From positions 507-64,506 of the forward strand of contig JAFYSL010000024.1 of assembly GCA_017559355.1 (NCBI GenBank): 64,000 nt of DNA, given 5' to 3'. This DNA comes from Muribaculaceae bacterium (GTDB taxonomy: Bacteria; Bacteroidota; Bacteroidia; Bacteroidales; Muribaculaceae). Under the pieces are notes generated by a model, which saw nothing but the letters and a program-made list of their open reading frames with translations, searched no databases and was not told the DNA's origin. How positions within the stretch are numbered: position 1 is the stretch's first letter; each line of letters begins with the position of its first letter. The position numbers and the translations under genes were made by a program. Below, piece by piece: positions 9,027 through 17,656 of the stretch.

Positions 9027-10688
9027 TCATAACAAAAATGCCAATATTTCTTCTTTATTCTTGATATTTGATTGCGAAATTTTCTCTTTCAAGCGAGATT
9101 TCCTCATATAAATATTTGCCTGACTTTTATTAAGTAAAAGACTTATCAGTTTACCCGAAAAGCCTGCATAATGATAACAGAGTTGCAGATAATCAATTTC
9201 ATCAAGAGTTGGCAATTCTTCTCTTAATTTCGCCATAACATTGTTACAACATCTGTTAACCGTATTCTCCAATTCTTGAATAGCATTTTTATCCTTACTA
9301 AATTGATAAATCAAACGATTCATTTCATTATAAACTAATCGTTGTCCTTTTGCATCATTGGTATGAGTGAGTATTGAATCACTGATTACATTAAGAAATT
9401 TGTATTTATCTTTATGTAGCGAGTTTATTAATTCGGTTGTTACTGAATTACTCTTTCTCATTTCGCTTTGCAATTCCGCAACAACTCCAATATATTCATC
9501 TATTTTTCTCTGCTTATTTATATTCTTTCTACGCAAAAGCAGAATTACCATTGACGCAATGATTAAAATAACCGCAATTATTATCACTACTCTTTGTTTT
9601 TCTACCTCTTGAATCTTTTTTATGTTTTCATAGCTTCTTTTTAAATAGTCGCGTTGCGATTCCATCAAAGGCTTTTCCAGACGGAATTTATTATTATCTT
9701 TTTGCAATACACCCTTTTGTAATAGCATGTCAATTGCTTTTTCATTCTCTCCATTTAACATTGCTATTTTAGCTTGAGTATCATATAATATGACAGAATC
9801 AGACTTTGTTCGGGTATATTTCGGTAGCAAATTCATATATTTGCCACAATTCTCCATTTCTCCATTCTTTGCACAAATTATAGAATATCGACTATATACA
9901 GGAAGGTACATATTCCCTGATAATTTCACATTCCTTATATCTTCAAATAATTTAATCGCCTCTTGATATCTTTCAACATTATAATAAGCACAAAACAATA
10001 TACACTTGAAACTAAGTATATATTTTTCATTGCCCAATGCCTCGGCTTCTTTCAACCCTTTTTCAATTTCTGCAATAGCTTCTGTTGCTAATGACTCTTG
10101 ATTCATATAATTAACACACATCCCAAAGAGTGCGAGCATTCTATCTTTACTATTATTTGTTCCTTCTAAATGAGAATAAGCCTTTTTGAAATATTCTAAA
10201 GATCTTGGAGTATCATAATATATAGCATGCAAATAAGCCAATTGCACATACAGCAGTCCTTTTTCACTTTCATTATTCTCAAATTCAGACAAAGTTGTTT
10301 CTACTTCATAGCATGCCAACATAGCCTTATCGTAAGCTTTATTATTGATATTTATCTCACTTTTAAGAATTAATGATTGACATAATTGCCTCGCATCTCT
10401 ATTATTTCGATAATAATCAACAGCGATATTTATTAAAGAATCATTTGTTTCTTTTATATAATTCCTTTTCAACACAGTTGTATATAGTAACGCATAACGA
10501 GCGTTTTGTGACTCCGCTTTAATCGCGTTTCCATCAATGGTTTTCAATATCATCATTGCCGAGTCTGGCATTTCATCAATCAACGCTTCAACCTTGTCCA
10601 ACTTTACATTCAAGTCGGGATCTACACTCTCACAACTTGAGAATATAAATGTAATAGTTATACAAACTAGTATTTTTATGTATCGCAC
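9027..10688 (-). CDS. TPR-repeat lipoprotein with one internal transmembrane helix and a C-terminal HTH-like region (putative transmembrane transcriptional regulator)
   Basis: GTG start. Lipobox-like ITFIFSSC. Repeated A/Y-rich TPR-like helices. A hydrophobic segment VVIIIAVILIIASMVILLL, then a coiled region, then DEIDYLQLCYHYAGFSGKLISLLLNKSQANIYMRKSRLKEKI (LuxR/sigma-70-region-4-like). Confidence 0.55.
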   Translation of the reverse strand: MRYIKILVCITITFIFSSCESVDPDLNVKLDKVEALIDEMPDSAMMILKTIDGNAIKAESQNARYALLYTTVLKRNYIKETNDSLINIAVDYYRNNRDARQLCQSLILKSEININNKAYDKAMLACYEVETTLSEFENNESEKGLLYVQLAYLHAIYYDTPRSLEYFKKAYSHLEGTNNSKDRMLALFGMCVNYMNQESLATEAIAEIEKGLKEAEALGNEKYILSFKCILFCAYYNVERYQEAIKLFEDIRNVKLSGNMYLPVYSRYSIICAKNGEMENCGKYMNLLPKYTRTKSDSVILYDTQAKIAMLNGENEKAIDMLLQKGVLQKDNNKFRLEKPLMESQRDYLKRSYENIKKIQEVEKQRVVIIIAVILIIASMVILLLRRKNINKQRKIDEYIGVVAELQSEMRKSNSVTTELINSLHKDKYKFLNVISDSILTHTNDAKGQRLVYNEMNRLIYQFSKDKNAIQELENTVNRCCNNVMAKLREELPTLDEIDYLQLCYHYAGFSGKLISLLLNKSQANIYMRKSRLKEKISQSNIKNKEEILAFLL

Positions 10689-10692
10689 TATA

Positions 10693-10890
10693 TTAATCTT
10701 TTAGTTTTATCTCTAATTTCAAACCTAAAACATCAAGAATTGGCATCAATGTACTAATTCTTGAATTTCCTTGACCTCGTTCTATCGCAACTAGAGTATT
10801 AATTCCTACCATTGACAAGTCAGCAAGTTCTTGTTGCGTAACTTTTAATTGTTGCCTTCGTTGCTTTATCTTCAACCCTATTTCTTTCAT
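10693..10890 (-). CDS. XRE-family helix-turn-helix transcriptional regulator (small, HipB-sized)
   Basis: I started it at the internal ATG (MKEIGLKIKQRRQQLKVTQQELADLSMVGINTLVAIERGQGN...). The 45 codons upstream in the track contain a -7 promoter box, so they are unlikely to be coding. Confidence 0.75.
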   Translation of the reverse strand: MKEIGLKIKQRRQQLKVTQQELADLSMVGINTLVAIERGQGNSRISTLMPILDVLGLKLEIKLKD

Positions 10891-10892
10891 TT

Positions 10893-10908
10893 TCACAACA
10901 TATTGTGA
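10893..10908. promoter_or_regulatory. palindromic candidate operator TCACAA-N4-TTGTGA
   Basis: Perfect 6+6 inverted repeat between the -7 box and the XRE start codon. Confidence 0.4.
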
Positions 10909-10916
10909 TTTTGGTG

Positions 10917-10924
10917 CAAATATA
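10917..10924 (-). promoter_or_regulatory. -7 promoter box for the XRE/TPR operon
   Basis: The minus strand reads TATATTTG, 27 nt upstream of the ATG at 10890. Confidence 0.45.
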
Positions 10925-11026
10925 TAGATATTAATCAATGAGGGTGACCCAAAAGTAAACTGGTTACCCTCTTTGATTTGTTTATAAAGAAAGTTGATTG
11001 GCAAGGAATCAACCCAACTTTGCAAT

Positions 11027-13051
11027 TTACTTCACTATTCTATCCACGGCGTTGAGGATGGGGTCGGTGCTGATGGTTGCGCCTACGGCTTGTTGCATCC
11101 AGTGGTTAGGAGTTAAGCGGCCAAGTTTATAGATGCGCATAAGCTCATCGGCAAAGGCTTTTTTGTCGGCACATTTTGCGAAATGCTCTTCGAGTTGGAA
11201 TTCAATGATGTGCCCCAATGGGTAGTTGGGTAAATACATTGGCGAATTGACCATGTGAGAATATACTGCCAAGATAGGCGAATCTTTTTCGCCCAACACA
11301 GGTTGGTAATACTTATTCCACACCTCTTTAGCTATAGCGATTGTTGCGTTGCGAAGGTCGGCCGCAGTAGCTTGTGGATGTGCATATAGCCATTGCCACA
11401 CTTGCATATCAACGAGTGAAACACCCATGATTTCATATAATCCCCAGAAGATGTCGAGAGTGGTGTTGTCGTCGATTTGTTGGTCATAACCGAGTAATCC
11501 GAGGTCGCGTTTTTGGAACACAAATGCTAATGCTTCGGTGAAACCTGTGTTGGGTACTCCTGCCATCATAAAGTTGTCGATATGATAAAGGTCGATGGTT
11601 TGCTCTACGTTATGACCAAACTCGTGAACAGCGATATTATAACCTTTGTAGTCCATACCCTCGGCGCCGATGCGAGTGCGAAGGAGTGAACGTTCCCAGC
11701 GACCAACTGCTCCCCATGCGTGGCCCGATCCACGTGCGCCCTCAACTTTGATTTTGCTTGCAATAAAATCGGCATCGCTTTGTGCAAAACCTAAGTCAAC
11801 AAGCATGCGAGCCATATCTTTTTCAAATGCTTCGGGAGTTGGGTATTTTGCACGAGTTTGTGCTGTGAGATTATCTTCAGAAATAGTGCTACGACTTTTG
11901 AATCCGTCGTACCAGATATCGTAAGGACGAAGGTCTCGACCGAGGCGTTTCTTAATCAATTTGCCCACTTTTTTCACTTGTGGCGAAGAAATGAGATTGA
12001 CAAATAGTGCTTCAATCTCTTCGGGTGCGATTTCCATGCCACCTTCAAAGTTACGAGCAATACCTGTGGGGCGTTGTGGTTCGTATTGGTCCACTTTTTT
12101 CATTGTTTTGTAGTGTGCCAAGATGCGTTCGTAACGACGAGTATCTTCGGCTGCAAGTGTTACCTCAGCACCATCTTTCCATGTGCGATTGCTATATGGG
12201 CTCCAATCATACGACGCGTTATTTATCACATCTTGAGGGATTGTGCCAGCGATGATATGTTCCATTACACGATAAATCATCTCTTGCTTTTCACGTGCGT
12301 TTGGAAGTTTGGCATAGTTTGATTTTATCTCATCACGAAGATTCCAGTGAGAGAGCAACACCATGTTTTCGGGGAACAAAGTTGCACCTTTTTCGTTGCG
12401 GAGGTGTCCCATCATGATGTTGTAAGATGCTATATAGTTTTCGGCATCGGCATTTGCTTGTGCAGCCTCTTTGTTGAGCGATGCAGGAATGCGAGAGGTA
12501 AACATGTCACCCATGCGAGCGTATGCCCATTCTTCTCGACTCCAATTGCCTCCGAGTTCGTTCTTTTCGGCAAGAGTGTAGTTGGGGAAGTTGAGAATAG
12601 TGATAAATGCCACCTTATTTTCATAGAGGTCGTTCCACAAGTGAGAATAAGGATTAAACGCACTCATGATGTAATCGATATTTGTAGGTTCTGGGCCTGC
12701 AAGAATTGTGGGAAGACTCAATTCAATTGCCACTTGGTTTTGTGTGCCGAGTAACACCTCATAAGCCTTGCTCAACTTTCCAAAAAGTTCATGGCGAGCC
12801 TCAGATGTTGTAGCATAGTTTTCTTTGACAAACTTGGCAAAATCCTCTGGTGTGCCATCTGATTCTTGCCAAAGAGTAGCAACTTGACTCGCTCCACGTT
12901 GCAACAATTTGCCATCAATCGACGCATCGTCAAATGTCATTTGGCCAACCAACTCAGCCACCATATTGTTGCTAATTGTCTTTGCACTAATATTATAAAC
13001 ACTCATTGCAGTCATAATCGCGAATAGTAAAAGTTTTATCTTTCTCATCAT
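11027..13051 (-). CDS. secreted zinc metallopeptidase-like protein (HEXXH)
   Basis: Signal peptide MMRKIKLLLFAIMTAMSVYNISA. Single HEFGH motif (AVHEFGHNVEQ) with a downstream acidic residue in GFTEALAF. I do not recognise the family. Confidence 0.5.
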   Translation of the reverse strand: MMRKIKLLLFAIMTAMSVYNISAKTISNNMVAELVGQMTFDDASIDGKLLQRGASQVATLWQESDGTPEDFAKFVKENYATTSEARHELFGKLSKAYEVLLGTQNQVAIELSLPTILAGPEPTNIDYIMSAFNPYSHLWNDLYENKVAFITILNFPNYTLAEKNELGGNWSREEWAYARMGDMFTSRIPASLNKEAAQANADAENYIASYNIMMGHLRNEKGATLFPENMVLLSHWNLRDEIKSNYAKLPNAREKQEMIYRVMEHIIAGTIPQDVINNASYDWSPYSNRTWKDGAEVTLAAEDTRRYERILAHYKTMKKVDQYEPQRPTGIARNFEGGMEIAPEEIEALFVNLISSPQVKKVGKLIKKRLGRDLRPYDIWYDGFKSRSTISEDNLTAQTRAKYPTPEAFEKDMARMLVDLGFAQSDADFIASKIKVEGARGSGHAWGAVGRWERSLLRTRIGAEGMDYKGYNIAVHEFGHNVEQTIDLYHIDNFMMAGVPNTGFTEALAFVFQKRDLGLLGYDQQIDDNTTLDIFWGLYEIMGVSLVDMQVWQWLYAHPQATAADLRNATIAIAKEVWNKYYQPVLGEKDSPILAVYSHMVNSPMYLPNYPLGHIIEFQLEEHFAKCADKKAFADELMRIYKLGRLTPNHWMQQAVGATISTDPILNAVDRIVK

Positions 13052-13149
13052 ATATTTGAATTTCGTTTTTATTTATGTTGTAAAATTAGCAATTATTTCT
13101 GTGATTGCAAAAATCGCGAAATTTCACTCTATTTATTCTTAAGTTTTTA

Positions 13150-13157
13150 TATCTTTG
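13150..13157 (+). promoter_or_regulatory. -7 promoter box for the threonine aldolase gene
   Basis: TATCTTTG, 34 nt upstream of the ATG. Confidence 0.45.
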
Positions 13158-13190
13158 TGATATGTTTAATTCATCTAATCTCATTGAATT

Positions 13191-14216
13191 ATGATATTCT
13201 TCGATTCTGATTATATGGCAGGGGCGCATCCCGACGTAATGCAACGACTTGTTGAAACCAACCTTGAGCATACTGTGGGATATGGGTGTGACCAATACTC
13301 CGAACGAGCCATTCAACTCATTCGCGAGGCTTGTGGAGCTCCTCACGCTCAAGTGTCGTTATTGGTAGGTGGAACTCAAACCAACGCCACTGTTATCGAT
13401 GGCATTCTTGCTCGACATGAAGGGGTATTGGCTGCCGAAAGTGCACATATTAACGTACATGAAGCTGGTGCAATCGAAGCCACAGGTCATAAAATCTTAA
13501 CACTCCCCCAACACGACGGAAAAGTGTGGGCCGAAGAGGTGGAATATTATATCAATGAATTTTATCGCGATGAGACATTCCTTCACATGGTTGCTCCAGG
13601 AATGTTATATATCTCATTCCCTACCGAATATGGTACGATTTACTCCCTCAACGAATTAGAAGCATTGAGCCAAGTGTGTCGAAATGCGCAAATTCCATTA
13701 TATATTGATGGAGCACGATTGGGATATGGACTCGCTGCTGATGAATGTGATGTTACACTCAAGGATATTGCTCGATTGGCCGATGTATTCTATATTGGTG
13801 GCACAAAAATGGGTGCTTTGATGGGCGAGGCTGTAGTAGTAACCAATCCTACTCTACTCAAAAACATGGTGCCTCTCACAAAACAACATGGCGCGTTATT
13901 GGCAAAAGGACGTCTCTTGGGTGTTCAATTTGAAACTCTTTTTAGCAACGACCTTTATATGCAAATCGGTCGAGAGGCTGTAGAGTTGGCAATGGAGTTG
14001 AAAGAGGAATTCATTGCTCGTGGATATGAAGTCGTGGTAGATTCTCCCACAAACCAACAATTCTTCCGCCTCCCCAATGACCTCATTGATCGCCTACGCC
14101 AATATGCAAGTTTTGAATTTTGGGGACCTCAAGGCGAAACCCACTCCATAGTCCGCTTCGTAACAAGCTGGTCAACCACTTATGATGATATTAACCAATT
14201 AGTGGATTTGATATAA
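13191..14216 (+). CDS. low-specificity threonine aldolase / beta-eliminating lyase family PLP enzyme
   Basis: 341 aa. DSDYMAGAHPDVM N-terminus and GGTKMG PLP-lysine region, typical of the LtaE-like family. Confidence 0.75.
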   Translation: MIFFDSDYMAGAHPDVMQRLVETNLEHTVGYGCDQYSERAIQLIREACGAPHAQVSLLVGGTQTNATVIDGILARHEGVLAAESAHINVHEAGAIEATGHKILTLPQHDGKVWAEEVEYYINEFYRDETFLHMVAPGMLYISFPTEYGTIYSLNELEALSQVCRNAQIPLYIDGARLGYGLAADECDVTLKDIARLADVFYIGGTKMGALMGEAVVVTNPTLLKNMVPLTKQHGALLAKGRLLGVQFETLFSNDLYMQIGREAVELAMELKEEFIARGYEVVVDSPTNQQFFRLPNDLIDRLRQYASFEFWGPQGETHSIVRFVTSWSTTYDDINQLVDLI

Positions 14217-14227
14217 GGAATTATTTT

Positions 14228-15031
14228 ATGCCCACTATAGAAATTACATCGTTGAATCACCCAGGAGTAGAGGTGTTTGCGACACTCACTGAGGCGCAGT
14301 TGCGTAATCGCCTTGACCCTACAAAGGGAATATTTATTGCGGAGAGTCCAAAGGTGATAAACGTGGCTCTTGACGCTGGATATGAGCCTATTTCGTTGCT
14401 TTGCGAACGAAAACATATCACTGGAGATGCTGCCGAAATTATTGCTCGTTGTGGCGATATCCCTGTTTATACTGGCGATCGTGAGTTGCTCGCTTCGCTC
14501 ACTGGCTATACGCTCACTCGTGGGGTATTGTGTGTAATGCGTCGCAAGGCCGACCTAAGTGTTGAATATGTATGCCGTGATGCTCGTCGTATAGTGGTGA
14601 TTGATGGTGTTGTTGATACTACTAATATTGGTGCTATATTCCGTAGTGCGGCAGCATTGGGCATAGATGCCGTACTTCTCACTCCTTCTTCGTGCGATCC
14701 TCTTAATCGTCGTGCAGTCAGAGTATCGATGGGATCGGTTTTCCTTGTTCCATGGACATGGATGCACACTCCAATCAGTTCGCTTAATGCTCTTGGTTTT
14801 AAGACGATGGCAATGGCATTAACCGACAATTCGGTATCAATCGACGACCCTCAACTCATCGCCGAACCTCGTCTTGCAATAGTTATGGGAACCGAAGGGG
14901 ACGGACTCGCTCACTCCACAATAGCCCAAGCCGACTATGTAGCGCGAATCCCCATGAGTCACAACGTCGACTCCCTCAACGTCGCAGCCGCCTCAGCCGT
15001 TGCGTTTTGGCAATTACGCAAAAGAGATTAA
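14228..15031 (+). CDS. TrmH/SpoU-family RNA 2'-O-methyltransferase
   Basis: 267 aa. NIGAIFRSAAALG, LAIVMGTEGDGL and SLNVAAASAV motifs of the SPOUT methylases. Confidence 0.8.
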   Translation: MPTIEITSLNHPGVEVFATLTEAQLRNRLDPTKGIFIAESPKVINVALDAGYEPISLLCERKHITGDAAEIIARCGDIPVYTGDRELLASLTGYTLTRGVLCVMRRKADLSVEYVCRDARRIVVIDGVVDTTNIGAIFRSAAALGIDAVLLTPSSCDPLNRRAVRVSMGSVFLVPWTWMHTPISSLNALGFKTMAMALTDNSVSIDDPQLIAEPRLAIVMGTEGDGLAHSTIAQADYVARIPMSHNVDSLNVAAASAVAFWQLRKRD

Positions 15032-15047
15032 GATTACATTATAAACA

Positions 15048-15077
15048 ATAGGGCTGATTCTTACGAGTCAGCCCTAT
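15048..15077. terminator. bidirectional hairpin between convergent trmH-like gene and hflX
   Basis: ATAGGGCTGA-10 nt-TCAGCCCTAT, a perfect 10-bp stem with A/T-rich flanks. Confidence 0.6.
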
Positions 15078-15094
15078 TTATATGATGTCGATTG

Positions 15095-16324
15095 TTATTG
15101 ATTTTCCCAATCCTCTTGGTCGTAGGTTTGGAAGAGGAAGTCATTATAAGGGAAGCGTGAGAGGTGTATCTCTTTTGCCTTTGCATAGACTTTCTCTTTT
15201 AGTTCGTCAATATTGATTTGCTGTTTTGCCGAGATAAACACGCAGTTATCGTGCATTTTGCTCATCCATGTTGCCTTGAGTTCATCAAGCGAGATGTTTT
15301 CGCGAGTGCGTGGAGTGAGATCGTCCTCATCTTTAGGAGTATATGTAAAGGCATCAACCTTATTGAACACCATAATCATAGGTTTGTCGGCACTTTCGCA
15401 TATTTCTTGTAGAGTCTTATTTACGACCTCTACTTGTTCCTCAAATTGTGGGTGGCTTATATCTACTACATGCAATAACACATCGGCTTCGCGCACCTCA
15501 TCGAGAGTTGACTTAAACGATTCAACCAAGTGAGTGGGAAGTTTGCGAATAAATCCAACAGTATCGGTCAATAAGAATGGAAGATTTCCGATAATCACCT
15601 TACGCACAGTGGTATCAAGCGTAGCAAACAATTTATTTTCTGCAAACACATCACTCTTACTCAAGAGGTTCATGAGTGTAGATTTACCTACGTTGGTATA
15701 CCCTACAAGAGCCACTCGAGTGAGTTTGCCACGATTTTTGCGTTGTATAGATTTTTGTTTGTCAATATTTTTCAACTCAGCCTTCAATCGCGCAATTTTG
15801 TCGAGAATGATACGACGGTCGGTCTCAATCTGAGTTTCACCAGGACCACGCATACCAATACCCCCACGTTGACGCTCCAAGTGAGTCCACATACGGGCCA
15901 AGCGAGGTAAAAGATATTGATATTGAGCCAATTCTACCTGAGTTTTAGCATTAGCAGTTTGCGCACGTTTGGCAAAAATGTCAAGGATAAGACTTGTGCG
16001 GTCGAGAATCTTCACTTGCAATTCGCGTTCGATAATCGACACTTGTTTTGTGGTGAGGTCATCATCAAAGATTACCATACCCACCTCATTCTCCTCTACA
16101 TATTGTTTAATCTCCTCAAGTTTACCCTTACCCACAAAAGTTGCAGTATTTGGATGATCAAGGCGTTGAAGGAACTTTTTTACGGTCACTGCACCAGCAG
16201 TATCAGCAAGAAAAGCTAACTCGTCGAGATACTCATTAGCCTTTGCCTCACCTTGTTGAGGAGTAATGAGTGCCACGAGCACAGCCTTTTCACTTGTTTC
16301 TTTACTTAATATTAAATCTTTCAT
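15095..16324 (-). CDS. hflX: GTPase HflX
   Basis: 409 aa. HflX N-domain followed by a G-domain (GYTNVGKSTL, DTVGF, NKVD). Confidence 0.9.
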   Translation of the reverse strand: MKDLILSKETSEKAVLVALITPQQGEAKANEYLDELAFLADTAGAVTVKKFLQRLDHPNTATFVGKGKLEEIKQYVEENEVGMVIFDDDLTTKQVSIIERELQVKILDRTSLILDIFAKRAQTANAKTQVELAQYQYLLPRLARMWTHLERQRGGIGMRGPGETQIETDRRIILDKIARLKAELKNIDKQKSIQRKNRGKLTRVALVGYTNVGKSTLMNLLSKSDVFAENKLFATLDTTVRKVIIGNLPFLLTDTVGFIRKLPTHLVESFKSTLDEVREADVLLHVVDISHPQFEEQVEVVNKTLQEICESADKPMIMVFNKVDAFTYTPKDEDDLTPRTRENISLDELKATWMSKMHDNCVFISAKQQINIDELKEKVYAKAKEIHLSRFPYNDFLFQTYDQEDWENQ

Positions 16325-16332
16325 AGTGAGCG

Positions 16333-16340
16333 CAAAGATA
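16333..16340 (-). promoter_or_regulatory. -7 promoter box for hflX (very short leader)
   Basis: The minus strand reads TATCTTTG, only 8 nt before the ATG. Confidence 0.35.
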
Positions 16341-16492
16341 GCAATAATAATTCATAAATACATAATTCTCCCCTTTACAAAGAGCAACGTAACCCGCAAT
16401 ATAAGGGTTATTTATACCTATTTTCCCGCCTTTTCACACAAAATACACAACAATCGGCGAATGAAAACCAATATGATTGCAGATTTTTTAGT

Positions 16493-16500
16493 TATCTTTG
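16493..16500 (+). promoter_or_regulatory. -7 promoter box for lpxB
   Basis: TATCTTTG, 29 nt upstream of the ATG. Confidence 0.45.
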
Positions 16501-16528
16501 CGATAAGATAATTAAACGGATATAGGAT

Positions 16529-17653
16529 ATGAAGTATTTTTTGTCGGTAGGCGAAGCTTCGGGCGATATACATGCAGCCGAACTCATAAAAGAGTTGAAA
16601 AAGGTTGATACTGAGGCTGAGTTTGTGTATCTCGGTGGCGACCTCATGCGCGAGGCCACTGGTTGTGAACCAGTGGTTGACTATCGCGACATGGCTTATA
16701 TGGGTTTTAGCGAGGTATTACGCAATATTGATAAAGTGTTTGGCAATCTTCGCCGTGCCAAAGAGGCTTTGCGACAATCGTGTCCCGATGCGTTAATCCT
16801 CGTTGATTATCCAAGTTTTAATCTCAAACTCGCCAAGGCAGCCCACCAATTAGGAATACCCGTTTTTTACTACATTTCACCAAAGGTGTGGGCATGGAAA
16901 GAACATCGTGTAAAGCAGATAAAGAAATATGTAATGCAACTATATTCCATTCTACCATTTGAGGTTGAATACTTTAAGAAACATGATTACGAGGTAACTT
17001 ATGTAGGAAATCCATCAGTTGAAGAGATAGAGCAACGCATGGAATCGCTTCCATCGGTCGACGATTTCATCAACACTCACAATCTTGAGACTCGCCCTAT
17101 TCTTGCCCTTGTACCAGGCTCTCGCAAAGGGGAAATTCGCAACAATCTCCCCATAATGCTTGAAGTTGCCAAACGTTTTCCTCAATATCAAGCCATTGTT
17201 GCTGGAGCTCCAGGCATTGATGCATCACTCTATACATCATTTACTACACTCCCTGTTGTTACTGGCGTTACATTTGAATTGATGAGCGTTGCACAAGCAG
17301 CCCTCGTAACATCGGGAACAGCCACTCTTGAAGCAGCACTGCTACACACCCCTCAAGTAGTGTGCTATCGTGCCAATGGATCAAAACTTTCATACAATCT
17401 TTTCAAACACATTTTGAAAATTCCATTTGTATCTCTCCCAAACCTCATTGCCAACCGTGAAATAGTAAAAGAGATGTTATTGCATCACTGCACCCCCGAA
17501 GGTGTTGCTCTTGAATTGAGCAAAGTGATACCAGGAGGCTCAAACCATCAATCGCAACTCGATGGCTATACCTTTATGCGTTCACGTCTCGGCACCAACA
17601 AAGCCGCCGAAACTACCGCAAAACTTATTTTTGAAAAATTAGCTAATAGATAG
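16529..17653 (+). CDS. lpxB: lipid-A-disaccharide synthase
   Basis: 374 aa. GEASGDIHAAELI N-terminus and YYISPKVWAWK motif. Confidence 0.9.
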   Translation: MKYFLSVGEASGDIHAAELIKELKKVDTEAEFVYLGGDLMREATGCEPVVDYRDMAYMGFSEVLRNIDKVFGNLRRAKEALRQSCPDALILVDYPSFNLKLAKAAHQLGIPVFYYISPKVWAWKEHRVKQIKKYVMQLYSILPFEVEYFKKHDYEVTYVGNPSVEEIEQRMESLPSVDDFINTHNLETRPILALVPGSRKGEIRNNLPIMLEVAKRFPQYQAIVAGAPGIDASLYTSFTTLPVVTGVTFELMSVAQAALVTSGTATLEAALLHTPQVVCYRANGSKLSYNLFKHILKIPFVSLPNLIANREIVKEMLLHHCTPEGVALELSKVIPGGSNHQSQLDGYTFMRSRLGTNKAAETTAKLIFEKLANR

Positions 17654-17656
17654 TTA

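Noticed and set aside
8914-9111. 65-aa ORF in the spacer and TPR-gene 3' end. Similar cases are 27156-27425 and 13086-13352 across divergent promoter regions.
   Set aside because: They are AT-rich intergenic read-throughs that overlap terminators, promoters and real genes. There is no support for coding.
10891-11025. N-terminal 45-codon extension of the XRE ORF given in the ORF track.
   Set aside because: It contains the -7 promoter box and the operator-like palindrome. The HTH protein is complete from the ATG at 10890.
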